A DNA stretch of 60,582 bases from NCBI GenBank assembly GCA_051942205.1, contig JAVECO010000008.1:186001-246582 (forward strand). Reading direction: 5' to 3'. Source of the stretch: Coniocarpon cinnabarinum. Lineage: Eukaryota. Shown in pieces: positions 32,106 through 47,072 of the stretch. A program made the position numbers and the translations under genes. The notes beneath the pieces are model-generated. The model was given only the letters and a program-made list of their open reading frames with translations, was not told where the DNA came from and searched no databases. Each line of letters begins with the position of its first letter. The stretch's first letter is position 1.

Positions 32106-33101
32106 TCAGGGATCGAGCATGTTTCCATCGGTCGTGTTCCAGACCTGAACCTGGTTTTCGTCAAAAATCTGGAGCCATGGCGCAAGATTGAGCGCTTCTA
32201 AACTGGTGCCATTGGTACTAGTTGCGAAAAGCCAAGTATGGTTGTAAAAGACGCGAACGCTACCAGTCGACTTCGCGTCGTGATTCTGGGGAGAAGTGCG
32301 TCAGCTTTATTCACATATTTCTTGCTCATTGCTGCTCACCGCAAAGTCCATGGTGCAGAGGTTGGTTCCTTGTGGTGAACATGTAGTGACTTTCGCATCG
32401 CTCGCCCAGATGAGTTGTTCTACTCCGCCAGTATTGTTCCAGACCTGTAACTGCCCTCGATTGCCAAATCGATGTTCTACACCTCCGTCCAGCTTTGCAA
32501 ATGCGCCTAGTTCAGGCGTCCAGGTGAGATTGTTGGCTCCAAAAGACGTGCTGGTGGGCAGCGGCCCTGTAACAGGGGAAGTCCCATCTGAGGTCCTGTT
32601 CCCTAGCTCGTCAGTAGGCGTTGATGACGTCGACCCACTGTGAGAATGCAATACATCAGCAACGTTTAGATGATACCAGAGCGTCTTGCACTGGGGTTGA
32701 CCTACTCATGTACTGCTCCTATGGTATGCGTGCCAGCCAAGGCTGCCATAATGATGCCGAGGGCACCTAGGAGGCCCAACGTGAAGACGGTGCAAAACCA
32801 TATGGGATAGTCATTAACTGTCGAGAGTAAGCATACACGTCGCAACAAATATAGCAAGATGTGCCCTGAAACAATTTTGAGAGCACGAAGTAGATTCGGA
32901 TTGCTCTTTCTGCTGTTGAGTGGAGCACACATGCTTACCCCATTGAAAGTAAGTCTTTGAAGAGCGCTGATCTTCTTTGTGCAATGTGGGCTTGTTGCTG
33001 TTGTCAGTCTGGCGATTCCCAATACTTTGTGAACTATTATGGGGCTCGTTGTCATTTGCTTCTACCTGGACAAGAGCATCTTGAGAAACGTTCTCGACCA
33101 T
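32106..33101 (-). CDS. Single-pass membrane protein with a C-terminal bulb-type-lectin-like beta domain (exons 33101-32939, 32817-32706, 32637-32340, 32285-32106)
   Basis: Three GT..AG introns join four pieces in frame: hydrophilic N-terminus, TM (IWFCTVFTLGLLGALGIIMAALAG), S/T linker, then repeats GQLQVWNNTGG..LIWAS, CSPQGTNLCTMDF, PWLQIFDENQVQVWNT. Confidence 0.7.
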
Positions 33102-34582
33102 TTTAGGGTGTGCACATGGGCAGCGCGTTGGAAAAGGACAACGGTCTTGAGCAGGGATGAAGGGTATTCATATCGGCTACCTAAGCGCCACCAGACATGA
33201 AGCAAGAGAAAGGCAGCGGAGCTAATAGCGAGTGGAACGCGATAACAGATCATTCTCCGTCATCCATTAGACTAAGATGGCTCATGCTCGTTGCAGCACT
33301 GCGTTTCGAGAGGCAGTGCTTCAAGATAGTTTCGTCGGTGGACTGGACTGGACTGAGCTGTTTTTGATTGGAAGTGAGCGGATTCTACGCACCTTAGCCG
33401 CGCAGGCAGCGACAATCTTGTGTAACCATCCGGAGAAAGCTCGCACACGTCCACTCCGTTTCTCTTTTCAGATTGACAGCCATCTACGCGCCCTGGGCAA
33501 GAGCGCTTCATTGCCCCGGGGTTTCAGATTCCACCGGTGCCCGTAATCGCCTACACCACTGATTCAATGTTTGCAGTCAGTCTTTCTGCAATCGTCACCG
33601 TCCGTGACTGATGTGTTGCAGGGCAAGCCACGATGCCCATTCTCCTTCACCCTACACGAAATCGACGGAGCTCTCTAATGCCCTGAATTTTCGGTGGATT
33701 CCTCTGCTTGCCGACTTACAACACCCCCTGTCAGTACAAACGCCTGTTAGTGGCGACTCTACACGCCTTTTTCTTTGCTAGATCTGGTTGGGTAATGACG
33801 AGTCACGTCGCTTCCAGAGTCGATATCGAGTCGTCAATTGAACGACAATTGCTAGGATTCCATTTTGACAATTCCGAGATCTTTCCCTTCCCCAGCCGCA
33901 GCGCAAGGCTCGACGCACCACCTGTGGACAACAGACGGCCTATTGTTACTGCTCGCACGTCCAACGAGCCAATTGATGATTTTGCGAGAACAAATGCACG
34001 AGGAGGTCGACATCGACATCCCTTCGTTGTCTGAAGAAGACCAAACATGAACGATGCCGAATACGAGCGTCGATCAATCCTTGTAGGTCCCAAAGCGGAT
34101 GCGCCGAGACTCTTACAACGCTTGACGATGCAAGACTGATACCATAATATGGCGGTTACGTACGGTCAGCCAGTTGGCGATATCGGTTAGGGCGACAGCA
34201 ACCACGTTCATTGCTGGAAAAAGGACTATGCACACTCACTGCCAGTGTGAAAGCAAACCAACATGCACGCTGTGGCACTGGATAGAATCGATAGACCTAG
34301 CAAATGAGTCGGAGCAGACAATCCTAGACCATGTCAGATAAAACAGCTGCTAATACGCATGACGAGCAATAAAGGAAGCCACTGAAGGCACTGCGAATCT
34401 CGAGCGGGATGAGTATTGGACTTAGTTGTACACCATTGCCTCGCGCTTGTGCTGCGTTCTACTCATTGTCATCATACGTCAAAAGACTGTGATTTATGCG
34501 ATGCTCCTCCGCGGATGCTTTGCAAGCGGTCCCTTCCTGCAACGCCTTGCCATGCAATTGTTTCCCAGACGAAACGACACTA

Positions 34583-36706
<2,124 letters not shown>

Positions 36707-37473
36707 GGCTGTGATGCTGAGGAGAGGCTGAGGAGTAGGTATAGGGAGCAAGTTTCGGATCGGAAAGAGGGTGCTGGCGGAGAGGGGTTTTCCTGTCAAA
36801 CGAGAGGCTGTGCGAGAGACATGGTGTCTGCGTGACGATGCGGTGGGAGCTGGTGTTCGTGACAACGTCGATGCCGGGAGACAGGCTCGTGCGGCACGAC
36901 GAAGACGAGTGCAGAGGAAGCAGTGTTCCGCAATGGCGAATGGATTGGTAAGACGAAGGTTTAGGGTTTGGGGAGTGCTTGAAGGAAGGAATGACTTCAG
37001 TGGGTCCGTGCATAGGGTCGGATGGAGCTGATTGATCACGTGATGCTATCACCGCTCCCGAGCCCTTAGGTTCTCAAGCGAGTGCGTCGTCTCGTCTTAT
37101 CCTCTTCTCCTCTTTGCTCGGATTAGGTGCATTCGCCTTCGACCCGAGACGGTCTCGACGCCGGACTCAGCCGGTTGTGGCGCAGAGCGTTACACTCTTC
37201 TCCGTACCTTATTCTCGGGTGATCCTCTTCTGGGGCAAGGGGCTACCACCGTCCACCGTCCACCGTTGCTTTTCCCCCTCCCAGCCCGCAATCCTCTTGT
37301 CACCTGACCATATCATGCCGTCCTGCTCGAGCTACGGTGCTCTGCTTCATCAGCCTAGTACGAGCTTCGAGGTGGACGCATGTTCCGCACATCCCCGCTG
37401 ACAACCACGCTCTTCGCCGCCGCTTGCTTTCTTGTCATGACCGATGACCAGCAGCGGCAGTTGTAGTTCTCCA

Positions 37474-39268
37474 TCAAGCACCTCGTTTTGTGATTCGACA
37501 CATCATCTATGCTCTGCGTCAACACGCACCGTCTTCGCTTCGTTATACTGCTCATAAACTTACATCGGAATGGAAATAGAAACCGATGCATTGTTCCTCA
37601 AATGGCTTCTTGATGTTTATCGGCTGAAGCTCAAATCTGCTCAGAAACTTTGCCATCGGTTAGCATGGAGGTAGGATTTTGTGAAGGACGACAAACCTCT
37701 ACAATGACTTTGTTGAGCTCCATCCACGCAACACCCTTGCCGAGGCAGCCAAAGCGTCCGTATCCAAAGACCATGTTCACCGCTTCATTCATCTTCTCAT
37801 AACGCTCGTCGTCACGAGGAACACCTTCGCTGGACAGCCATCGCTCAGGGATGAACACGTCCACGTCTTGTCCAAAGGTATCTGCCTTCCGGTTCATGCC
37901 ACTGGGATTCCAACCAATCCACGTGCCCTCAGGAGCGCGTTTGCCGTCAACCATGAACCCGCCCTTTGGAACTTGCTTCGCCAGAATCCCCTGGTGCACT
38001 TCGCGTCAGCGTCTGCACGGTATCTATACCACTGCAGGTCACCCATATAGAACTCACTGTCGCGGGAGGGTACAGCCGCAACGCTTCCCTGATACAAGCC
38101 TGTAAATAAGGTAACTTTCGAGCTTCCGCATCACGGATCATCGGGCGGCTGATTTTGCCGCCCGATTTGGCTTCCTCGAACTCCTTCAGGAGCTTTCCTA
38201 GCACTCGCGGAGTCGTGCAAACATAGTAAAGCAGCATTCGTAACGCTGTAGCTGAGGACTTGAACAAGGAATGTCAGCAATGAATTCATGTTGCACTTCC
38301 ATTTTGACTCACGTCTGAGCCCGCTGTTATTTGCACCAGCGTCTCGGACTCTAACTGCTCCTTGGTGAGGCCGTGAGTAATAAAGCTCTGCAACATGTCC
38401 TGTCTCACGACTTTGTCATGTGAGCGGAATCTTTCGCCTACGCGCTCTTCAGCAAAGCCCATTGTCTTCCCTAGACCCCTCTTGTCGGTGGACTTGGGAA
38501 TCAGCGGCTTCAAAAATGGCAACTGTAAGATCTTTTGCAACTCAGTGAAGGTACCGAAAAGCTGGATTGCTGGCAAGAATTGTTTCAGATTTTCAATGTA
38601 TCCGAAGGGATCCTCATCTTTCTCCAAGAACCCGAAGACTTTCCCAAAGGCTACCGTGCTGATGACATCCAGTGTAAAGTAAGTCATGATGCGGGCAAGG
38701 TCTACAGGTTTGTGCACGAGCCCGTCAACGCTCGAAGTGTATCTGGTGTCCAAAAGGAAGAACAATTGCCCAATCACACGATCTACATCGTCTTCCATGC
38801 GATGATTTTCTTTGCCAGAGTAGCCTGGTGACATGCGATTACGCAAGGACGCATGCACTGACTCATCGGTGACTGAAACGATCTATAGTAAGTCAACGAT
38901 CCATTCAAGCACGTGCATTGAGTATACTGGGGGCCACTCACATTGTCTCGCGTAGGATGAAACCGTAAAGCTGTATACCAGTCTGATCTGGTGAACTCGC
39001 TGCGGACTGAATTCATGCTTTTGATAAGCTCGGCATCCTGCGTGATGAGCACATTGGGCGCCGCGCGCGCCGTGTCCCCATATTTGTGATTGAGGTTGGT
39101 GAAGACTTTGTCCATCTCACCACCTCTGCTTGCCCGGAACAGCCACAATCTGGAATACTTGGAAATCCATGGACCACCAAATTTGGCCAATCTGCTTGCT
39201 TGATTGACAGTGCGAACGATCAGAAGTCCGATAATGCTGGCAAGTAAAACCCAAATGGCGTTAACCAT
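37474..39268 (-). CDS. Cytochrome P450 monooxygenase (pisatin-demethylase/benzoate-hydroxylase-like clan)
   Basis: N-terminal anchor, TLDVISTVAFG, I-helix AGSD, K-helix EALR, PERW, heme motif FGYGRFGCLG; several introns; last exon MMCRITKRGA*. Confidence 0.9.
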
Positions 39269-39739
39269 CTTGAAAATACTATGGAGAACTGGGTAGACAG
39301 TATGGAAACCTGAGCAGGGAAGGCATGTCCAAGCCGGCGGCTACGTTATGACAGCGCAAAGCAGCTGCAGCTCCACCCGCTCTCCGCAAAGACCAGGATC
39401 TGATCCTCCGTGCGGAGTCTGTTGGTGCCGCGACCTAGACACCAACGCCACGACGCAGAGAATGGCACCGCAGCATTAGATAAGTCAAGACTTGGTTCTT
39501 GGACTGGCATCTTGGTATTTCACGGGCTCTCAATTTCGTGTCAAGTGATATTTTAGTTGCTTAAGCACAGTTGCTGAGTCGAGCACAGAGGAGTTCCATT
39601 ACATAGTGATAGTGCAGCATGGTGCAGTTAGGAGGACCGCACGAGTCAGTTAGGCTCCAAATCAGGCCTAGTCTGACTTCAACAACGCCTTTCGCAACAT
39701 TGAATCCTCTTGTTCAATTCGCCTCCCAGTACGAAGCCA

Positions 39740-41254
39740 ATGAGCGCCTCCCGTGCATCTCGAGCGAGCCTCACCAGTGCTTCGCGAGCTTCTTCGCGGC
39801 CAAGATGTCCTCCATACCTGCATCATCGACCTCGGCCGACGACGCAAAGTGCGGCATTCCACTCGACACCTTGCCGACAAGCCAAGCACAAGTCTCCCTA
39901 CCGCTCAATCACTCAAGCTGAACTGAAGCGCATCGCCGACGCGCGCGCAGCTCTCTTTCCAAAATACACCCAATCAGAACGGGAAAAAGTCCGCCAAACA
40001 TACGTCCCTGAGCAGCAACAAGCCATTGACTATGGCGAAGAGGCTGTCGATCCATGGGATCTGGCTCGTGCAAAGCCTCGGCGTGATGTTCTGAGGCCTA
40101 AGACCATCGATCCAAATGCCTACTCACGGCTGCAACCCATCATCGACCATCGAGCCAGTACTACGCGTGGGCAATGGGACAATTACAATGACAATCAGCC
40201 GACTGCACATCTTGACTTCATTCCAGACGACGAGAAGAAGCTCGATCGCCTCGGCGAGATAATCACGGATCCCAAAGACATATACTTCAACGAGCCTCGA
40301 GAGCCAGGCGAGGAGGATCCAGGTATCGAAGTCACCGACAGAAGCATGTTTGAAGAACTCGCCGATCAAGACGACTGGAAGCGACAACAGGACGCCGCCA
40401 AGCGTGAAGGTCAGAATTGGAGTGCGGAAGCGGAAGGCGGAGAGAACGAGTTGCTTCGCCGCATGTTGCGCGACGTCTCTGGCGATGGGCCAGTCGATCG
40501 CACGCAATCACGCCTTTCCACCGCCGAGCGCCTTGAGAATGCGCTTCGATGGCGCAGCCACGCCGATCCACCTGAACTATCACAAGAGATACCAAAGATT
40601 CACGATCCGCGATGGATGTACACAGAGGACTCCGCAGCCGCGGCGGAAGACGACGAGGGCAAAGGTGTCCTCACGAAGGGCCAAGACGACGAAGGCGCGA
40701 ACGCCTGGAACAACTTGGCACGGATCATGGGCCGCAGCGTGCAGGAGCTGCAGCGCTACAGGTTCAAGCTTCTTGTGCAGAAGCGGGTCGTGAATCAGAC
40801 GAGACTGGGCAAGATTTCTAGCCAGAGCTTATTGTACGTTTGTGGAGACGAGCGAGGCATGGTTGGGATTGGAGAGGGAAAAGCCTCAGAGGTGGGAGCC
40901 GCAGACCGCATGGCCAGGATCAACGCCATCAGAGACATGAAGCCGATAAGACGATACGAGAAGCGCACGATATACGGGGAAGTGGTAGGCAAGGTTGGAG
41001 CAGTGGAGTTGAAGCTGAATGCAAGACCGCCTGGCTTCGGGCTACGGTGTAGCAGCTACGCGTATGAAATCGCGAAATGCGCAGGGCTGCAGGATCTGCA
41101 GGCGAAGAGTCTGAGAAGTCGAAATCCGATGAACGTGTGCAAGGCCATGGTAGAGGCGTTACGCAGCCAGAAAGATCCAGAGGATATTGCAAGGGCAAGA
41201 GGGAAGAAGATGGTTGACGTGAGGAAAGTATACTACGCTGGACTGCTCTCGTAA
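39740..41254 (+). CDS. MRPS5: Mitochondrial ribosomal protein S5
   Basis: Arg/Ser-rich presequence (AFHSTPCR), C-terminal uS5 domain KRVVNQTRLGK...GMVGIGEGK...IRRYEKRTIYG...RPPGFGLR...ARARGKKMVDVRKVYY. Confidence 0.93.
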   Translation: MSASRASRASLTSASRASSRPRCPPYLHHRPRPTTQSAAFHSTPCRQAKHKSPYRSITQAELKRIADARAALFPKYTQSEREKVRQTYVPEQQQAIDYGEEAVDPWDLARAKPRRDVLRPKTIDPNAYSRLQPIIDHRASTTRGQWDNYNDNQPTAHLDFIPDDEKKLDRLGEIITDPKDIYFNEPREPGEEDPGIEVTDRSMFEELADQDDWKRQQDAAKREGQNWSAEAEGGENELLRRMLRDVSGDGPVDRTQSRLSTAERLENALRWRSHADPPELSQEIPKIHDPRWMYTEDSAAAAEDDEGKGVLTKGQDDEGANAWNNLARIMGRSVQELQRYRFKLLVQKRVVNQTRLGKISSQSLLYVCGDERGMVGIGEGKASEVGAADRMARINAIRDMKPIRRYEKRTIYGEVVGKVGAVELKLNARPPGFGLRCSSYAYEIAKCAGLQDLQAKSLRSRNPMNVCKAMVEALRSQKDPEDIARARGKKMVDVRKVYYAGLLS

Positions 41255-41868
41255 TATCTCATGATGACTCGGCGAGGTTGTAAATATTCTCTCTGTTGGT
41301 ATAGAGACTGTCTATGTATGCTGCAGCTGGGAGGCCAGCCTCTTCACATCTAATGCGCCTCTGGTACTGCTAACAGATCGTCTACTCAGTAGGTAGCCTC
41401 TAAACGGGGCGCTTCGTCCGCGAGAGAAGTCTGCAGCAATCAAGCAAGTCACTTCATTGCACTGCCAGCTCTACTGCTTGCTCCCGTTGTGACAGCCAAT
41501 TTATTTCCTAAAATTACGTACGTGAACACGCTGGCAAGGTAGCACTATTGCACATCTGGTTACAAGATTGACAATTCCACATTGCGAAATAACTCGAAGC
41601 TGATGTCGCTGCATTTAAGTCGAACCGACTCACATCGCCTGATTAATATTCAGTAGTTGCAGCGCATCCTTGATCTCTCGCCTTCTGAGAAGCTCTGAAG
41701 CAGAAGACCGATGCAAAAGTTCACGTGCGCAACCTGATTTTGAGGGACATGCGACGCCAAGAAAATGATCAATTTACGCGTCAAGAACACCACGACGCGA
41801 CAGAAGCTGAAATCAATCTTGCTTTCAATCTACAACACATTCCCGGCTTGAGCAACAGCAAAGTCGAA

Positions 41869-42159
41869 ATGCCTGTCGACGACCTCGACGAGTCCCAACT
41901 CACACCTCTCGAATCCTCTGTGCTCGCCGAATACACGCGCCTCAACAATAATCTGCAAACGCTCTCGTCGAAGCTGTCGTCCCTGTCTGACGAGCTGGCC
42001 AAAGATCCGAATGCCAATGTTGCGGACGGCTTGAGAGGTCTGGAACGCAAGACGGCGCTCGTGTGCACGGCGTTGAAGAGTTCGGTCTATGGGATTGTTT
42101 TGCAGCAGCAGATTGATTATGCTGAGGGAGGGGAGGACGGAAGTGCCAATAATGGATGA
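41869..42159 (+). CDS. DAD3: DASH/Dam1 complex subunit Dad3
   Basis: LTPLESSVLAEYTRLNNNL...DGLRGLERKTALVCTALKSSVYGIVLQQQ matches the Dad3 pattern. Confidence 0.85.
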   Translation: MPVDDLDESQLTPLESSVLAEYTRLNNNLQTLSSKLSSLSDELAKDPNANVADGLRGLERKTALVCTALKSSVYGIVLQQQIDYAEGGEDGSANNG

Positions 42160-42268
42160 AAGATCTCTCAAGCAAGGCGTTTCACATGGATGCGCTACTC
42201 GAACGCAAAAATGATGAGTTTTGAAATTTGAAGGCCGACTAAAGCTGGAGGCGGCCTAAGCAGCACAC

Positions 42269-44831
42269 TCAAGTACCGCCATATCTCTGAAGCACACTCG
42301 AAGCGTGCTTGACCTGCTCAGTCCAAGGTTGACCAGCCTTGTCAATCGCTCGCAAAGTTGTGGGTGCGTTCTCTTTCTTCAGCTTCATCAAGACACTCTT
42401 CGCAAGTTCTGATGCTCCTCTGGACTCCTCAACTGCAATGAGTAATTCATCAACGATTACCACCGCTCTATGTACCATCTGGGGTTTGTTGCCCCGCATC
42501 CATTCGCAAGTGCTTTGGATGCCACTGTCAGTTTTCAAAAAGCGTTCAACAACTGTAGGCCCGGCGCCCAACAAGGTCGCTAATGCGCCTCCTGCAGCTT
42601 CCGCAAGGGCGCCGTCTTCCTCACTCCAGTAGCCGGCCAAGATCCGTATACGACGATCAGATCGACCACCATCGCTTTCAAACTTGGGAATGGCGGGACC
42701 TGAATCGATGAGGTTCACGAAGCACTGCGTGACGCAAGTACGTATCTGCACGGCATTAGATGTCCATAAGTCCTCGAGCACAGGCCAACATTCTGAGACT
42801 ATAAGCTCGCTCGTTTGCGCAGGATTTGAAGGCGATGGTTGGTATGCAGCCAGGTTCGTGAGAGCCTGCACAGCTGAGACGACAGGGAAGCCTCGCCACC
42901 AAGCCCTGAACACACGTCAGCATCTAGGCTCGTTCAAATTTGGCTAAACCTTATACTCACACATCTGAGTTAGAGTCTTCTTCGGAAAGGCCGAGTTTCA
43001 TCAGATATAGCAATATACGAACTGCTGCCCGTACATCTCTTCCTTTCATGAGCAGCGTTGGATCAACGGGTATCATGATTCTGGCGAAAGATAGGGATGC
43101 TTGTCGTTTCACTAACGTGATTGCTTGCTGCTCATTATCCGACGGCAGACTGGCTTGCGCCATTGCCAAGTCAAACAGTCCATCTCTCGCCATACGCCCG
43201 CGATGCCTGGGATGTTTACTGAGTGCCAGAACAATGGATGAGATATTCGTATGTAACCCCAGCGAAGCATTTTTCGTTGCTGGAACCAAGCACGTGGCTA
43301 GGCTCGCATCAAGAACCTTTGAGCAGCGTTCAGAAACTGGACCATCCTCGTCGAGTGGGTGTGTTTTTGGAATCGACGTGTGATTAGCGTACGCTTTCAG
43401 CTCGGCAATCTTTCGATCTTCGGGAGAGATCACAGGTGGGTAGCGTGTCAAGTTCTGGAAGATCGTTAGGCCTGCGTATAGCAACGAGCCGTTTGCAAGT
43501 GCCTCGGGCTTTGAGAGAGAGCCGACGAGTTGTTTCAAGAACTTCTCGTCATTTGCGAGGTTCTCTTTGACCTTTGCATGCACAGACTGGTACGAAAGGC
43601 CTTCAATTGCTTTCTCGATGGCATCTTGACCTGTGCTTTTGTCCACGATGGCATTCTTCATTCTCCTCACCAGCTTGTCATCTGCCGTTCCCGCGCCTTT
43701 ATCCTCGTCTCGAATTTTGGAGTTAACGAGCACAGCCGTGACTGCAAGCTTGTTTGGCTTATGCGATGCGTCTTCGTCCGCGGAAAGCTGGTTCAGCCAA
43801 TCTTCACAATACATCTTGATTGTTTTACGACATTCTGAATTAACGCAAGCAGAACTGAGCAGTTCGAGAACCGCACCTTTGAACGGCACGTTCTTTGAAT
43901 TATTGACGATCTGCATCAACTGCTGGACAAACCCTTCTCTCAGGAACATATTCGCGCAAACATTGGGCGCGATTGGAAAAAGCATACTCACCGCCGCACA
44001 GGCGTTGATGAGTTTCTCCGTCCACTGCGTCTGCGCCATAGTCTCTACGAACGCAGTCAACTCCCTTTCCCATCGTTGTGCGTCAGCTTCGTGCAGTTTC
44101 GCCAATACCACAGTGGCTTGCGTTCGGTGAGCAGGGGTATTGCCGGGGTTCAACGCCTCAAAGAAGATCACGTATGAGTCTGAATCTATGTCGGGCAACA
44201 AGCTTGAACACTCAACCACAAGAAGTCTGGCGATCGCTTGCATGGCCATCTCGGGCGTCTCAACACCAGCTTGAAGCAACTTTGCCATAAGAAGGAGCAG
44301 CATATCTTTCATGCCTTTTTGTCTATCGGCTTCTTTGGACCAGCTGCCGGGCTGTAGGAGGAGCTTGTTGATGACCGCCCTCAGCGACCGCCCACCGAGA
44401 TCCCATAATGCTTTGAAAGTCCGGGTTGGTTCCTCTAGCAGGAGAGGGATGATAGCGCGCTTTCCATTGGCTTTCTCTAGGAGTAGGTCGACGATACGAT
44501 CACTCTTTTCGTTTTGGTGGCCAAACGCAAACTCGATGGTCTCCTGCGTGCCTTCAATATCAATGGCTGAAGTCTGGAGCTGGTTGCGAAAAGACGCCTC
44601 ATCGAGGGCCCCCTCGTAATAATTCTGACAGAGTTGCAAGACGTTGACTACGTCTCCACCAGATAGGCTTAAACCTTCAAACAGCTTCCGTGCATCTTCA
44701 TTTTCTGGGTCTAGGCTCAAAGCCTCTTGAACGGCATCCGCCGCATCTTGATTGGCATCATGGCGACGCGCATATTGAGCCTTTCGGATGAGTTCTGCAA
44801 CTCGTTTCGTTTTGCTTTCGTCGTCTAGCAT
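42269..44831 (-). CDS. SHE4: UCS-domain myosin chaperone She4/CRO1/Rng3 (intron 42906-42960)
   Basis: ARM-like helical protein with ELLSSAC, AIEGLSYQS...VKE, LKAYAN, HRGRMARDG, ARIMIPVDP, ALTNLA and HRAVV; N-terminal TPR-like helix pair. Confidence 0.85.
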
Positions 44832-45262
44832 ACTGCTGCTGCCATCTTCCGGCGAGGTCAGATGCTACTAAGCCAAGCATATCCATGACTGAATGACTTC
44901 AAGCACAATCCTTGCTTGCCAAAGGCAGCTTTGTCCGGATATTGCCGGCATTAAGATTGTCGTTAAATTCGTCACGCGCTGTCACGTTTTTTCGCGTCAA
45001 AGCTATTGAATTCACATGCCAAATGGATGACTCTATCCACCACGAACGTCACTAAATCATCCCTCTGCACAATCAAGCAGACTAGCAGCAAGTGCAGCTT
45101 TCGATGCGTCTTTTGTACGGCTCAGCAGCTTTCTGGCTGCCACTGAAGCACCCTTTCTCGTAGCAAATGGAAGTCATATGGCACTTATGACGCCTACTTA
45201 ACTACATGGTCCCCGACTGTTCGCGTCACTGGTCAAGCACTTCGTAGAATATATTCTCAAAG

Positions 45263-46549
45263 ATGGACGCAATCATAGATAATCGCATCTCCCCACAGAC
45301 CGAAGCCTCTTCCGAACCGCCTCCGTCTCTACTCGTACGTGCACCATAACCCAAATCCCAACCATTTCTCGTTCGCAGATACCAGCCAACTAACGCATGA
45401 ACACAGGTTCTCGTCCTCGACACCTCTCCGCTGCCCTGGCACATCCTCTCACAGAGTCCATACTCCCTCCCTCTAATCCCCACAGCAATCTCCCAACTCC
45501 TTCTATTCATCAACGCCCACCTCGCCCTCAGCCAAGAAAACCGCATCGCGGTTCTCGCCGCCCACTGTGGTCGCACACACTGGCTCTATCCTGCGTGTTC
45601 TGCGCCAGGGCCCTTGAGCACCGAATCCAACAACAGTCACGATGACGAGCTCCCTAACGACTCAACCGCTGTCCCCACTGACGCTAATAAATACCGTCCT
45701 TTTGCCATACTGGAACACACCATTCTCACGCGCCTCTCGGCGCTTTTAGCGTCGACAACTGCCTCTGATGTTCCTACTCATGAGTCACAAGATGACTATG
45801 AGACGCCACTTGCGGGCACTCTGACACTGGCACTCGCATACATCAACCGCACCCTGACCTCTCTTCAAAACCCGACAAATGCCATTGGGTCCAACCCCCC
45901 GTCAATACCAGCACAAGACCGCGGCCACGGCGCCACGGCTCCAAATGCCTTAGACGCACGCATCCTCGTCGTCAGCGTGTCCGGCGATCTCGCGGGCCAA
46001 TATATTCCACTGATGAACAGCATGTTCGCTGCGCAATCACTGCGTATACCCATCGACGTCCTCAAATTATCAGGTGACAGCGTACTCTTGCAGCAAGTAG
46101 CGCATACGACCTCCGGCATCTTCATTACACCCGCTGGATCCCCCGCATATTCCGAGCAACCCTCTAATGATACTCAAACAAACGGCACGACTTCCAGAGA
46201 AGAGATACCAATAACCCTCCTACCTGGGTTGTTCCAATCACTCCTTCCCACAAATACGACACGTCACCTTCTTAATCCGCCTAAGGAACCAACCGTCGAC
46301 TTCCGCGCCGCATGTTTCTGCCACCGCCGCGTCGTCGACCTCGGATTCGTGTGTTCCATCTGCCTCAGTATCTTCTGTGATGAGGGTGTCGGCGTCAATG
46401 TCGAGGTTTTGGGACGCGAAGCCGGAAAGGGATTAACTTGTCCGACGTGTGGGAGTGGGTTGGTCTTAGCGGGCAGACCGGCGGAGGAGGAGGGAAAGAA
46501 GAAGAAGAAAAAGAAAAAGAGGGAGGAGGGGGCTGGAGGCGAGGGATGA
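45263..46549 (+). CDS. TFB4: TFIIH subunit Tfb4/p34 (intron 45335-45406)
   Basis: PPSLL|VLVLDTSP..W, FINAHL, N.IAVLA, WLYP, LAGTLTLALAYINR, QYIPLMNSMFAAQ, VDFRAACFCH...GFVCSICLSIFC...CPTC. Confidence 0.93.
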
Positions 46550-47072
46550 GGCTCTATGAGTGTGGGGTGGAGTGGCTTGGAATTGATGTTGTTTAGCATG
46601 GCGCTGGGCGGAGTTGGATGTCGATGGGTATATATCTAGTAATTGCATGAATGTACGCTTGACTTCCTTGAAGCATATTGCTGAGCTGTTTTGGGCCCTG
46701 CCGTTTGTTGGGATTTGGTGCACTCTGCCGCTATACATGCTCTCACCGCATGTTCATCAAGGCGCTAGAATCCACAGTGTATGGATCTTTCATTAAAGCG
46801 GCTTAAGTCTGGACGGACTATGCGCTCAGCGCTTGGAAAAGCCGCAGAACACCTTTGAGGATAACTATGAGCACTGTCTCATTCAAGATCTACCTAAGAC
46901 TAGCTGCTCCATCCCAGCAGCCACGAGATACATGAGATCATGAACCCTGAGCTCGTAGGAGTCGTAAATGTATCAGTAGAGTTATCTTAGGTCATTATAG
47001 GAATCAGGAGAAGACTTGTTGAGCAAATCACCACCGTAACCCGAGCCTTCTCATCCATCGTCGCAGTGTCAG

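Noticed and set aside
33270..34400. Short ORFs between the lectin-like gene and nrc-2
   Set aside because: No motif or coherent exon chain; treated as intergenic/UTR.
36958..36970. TTAGGGTT telomere-like octamer
   Set aside because: Single copy in the nrc-2 leader; chance match, not an interstitial telomere tract.
41725..41868. N-terminal extension of Dad3 in the ORF track
   Set aside because: Dad3 similarity begins at the Met at 41869; the upstream part looks like promoter/UTR and includes an MCB-like site.
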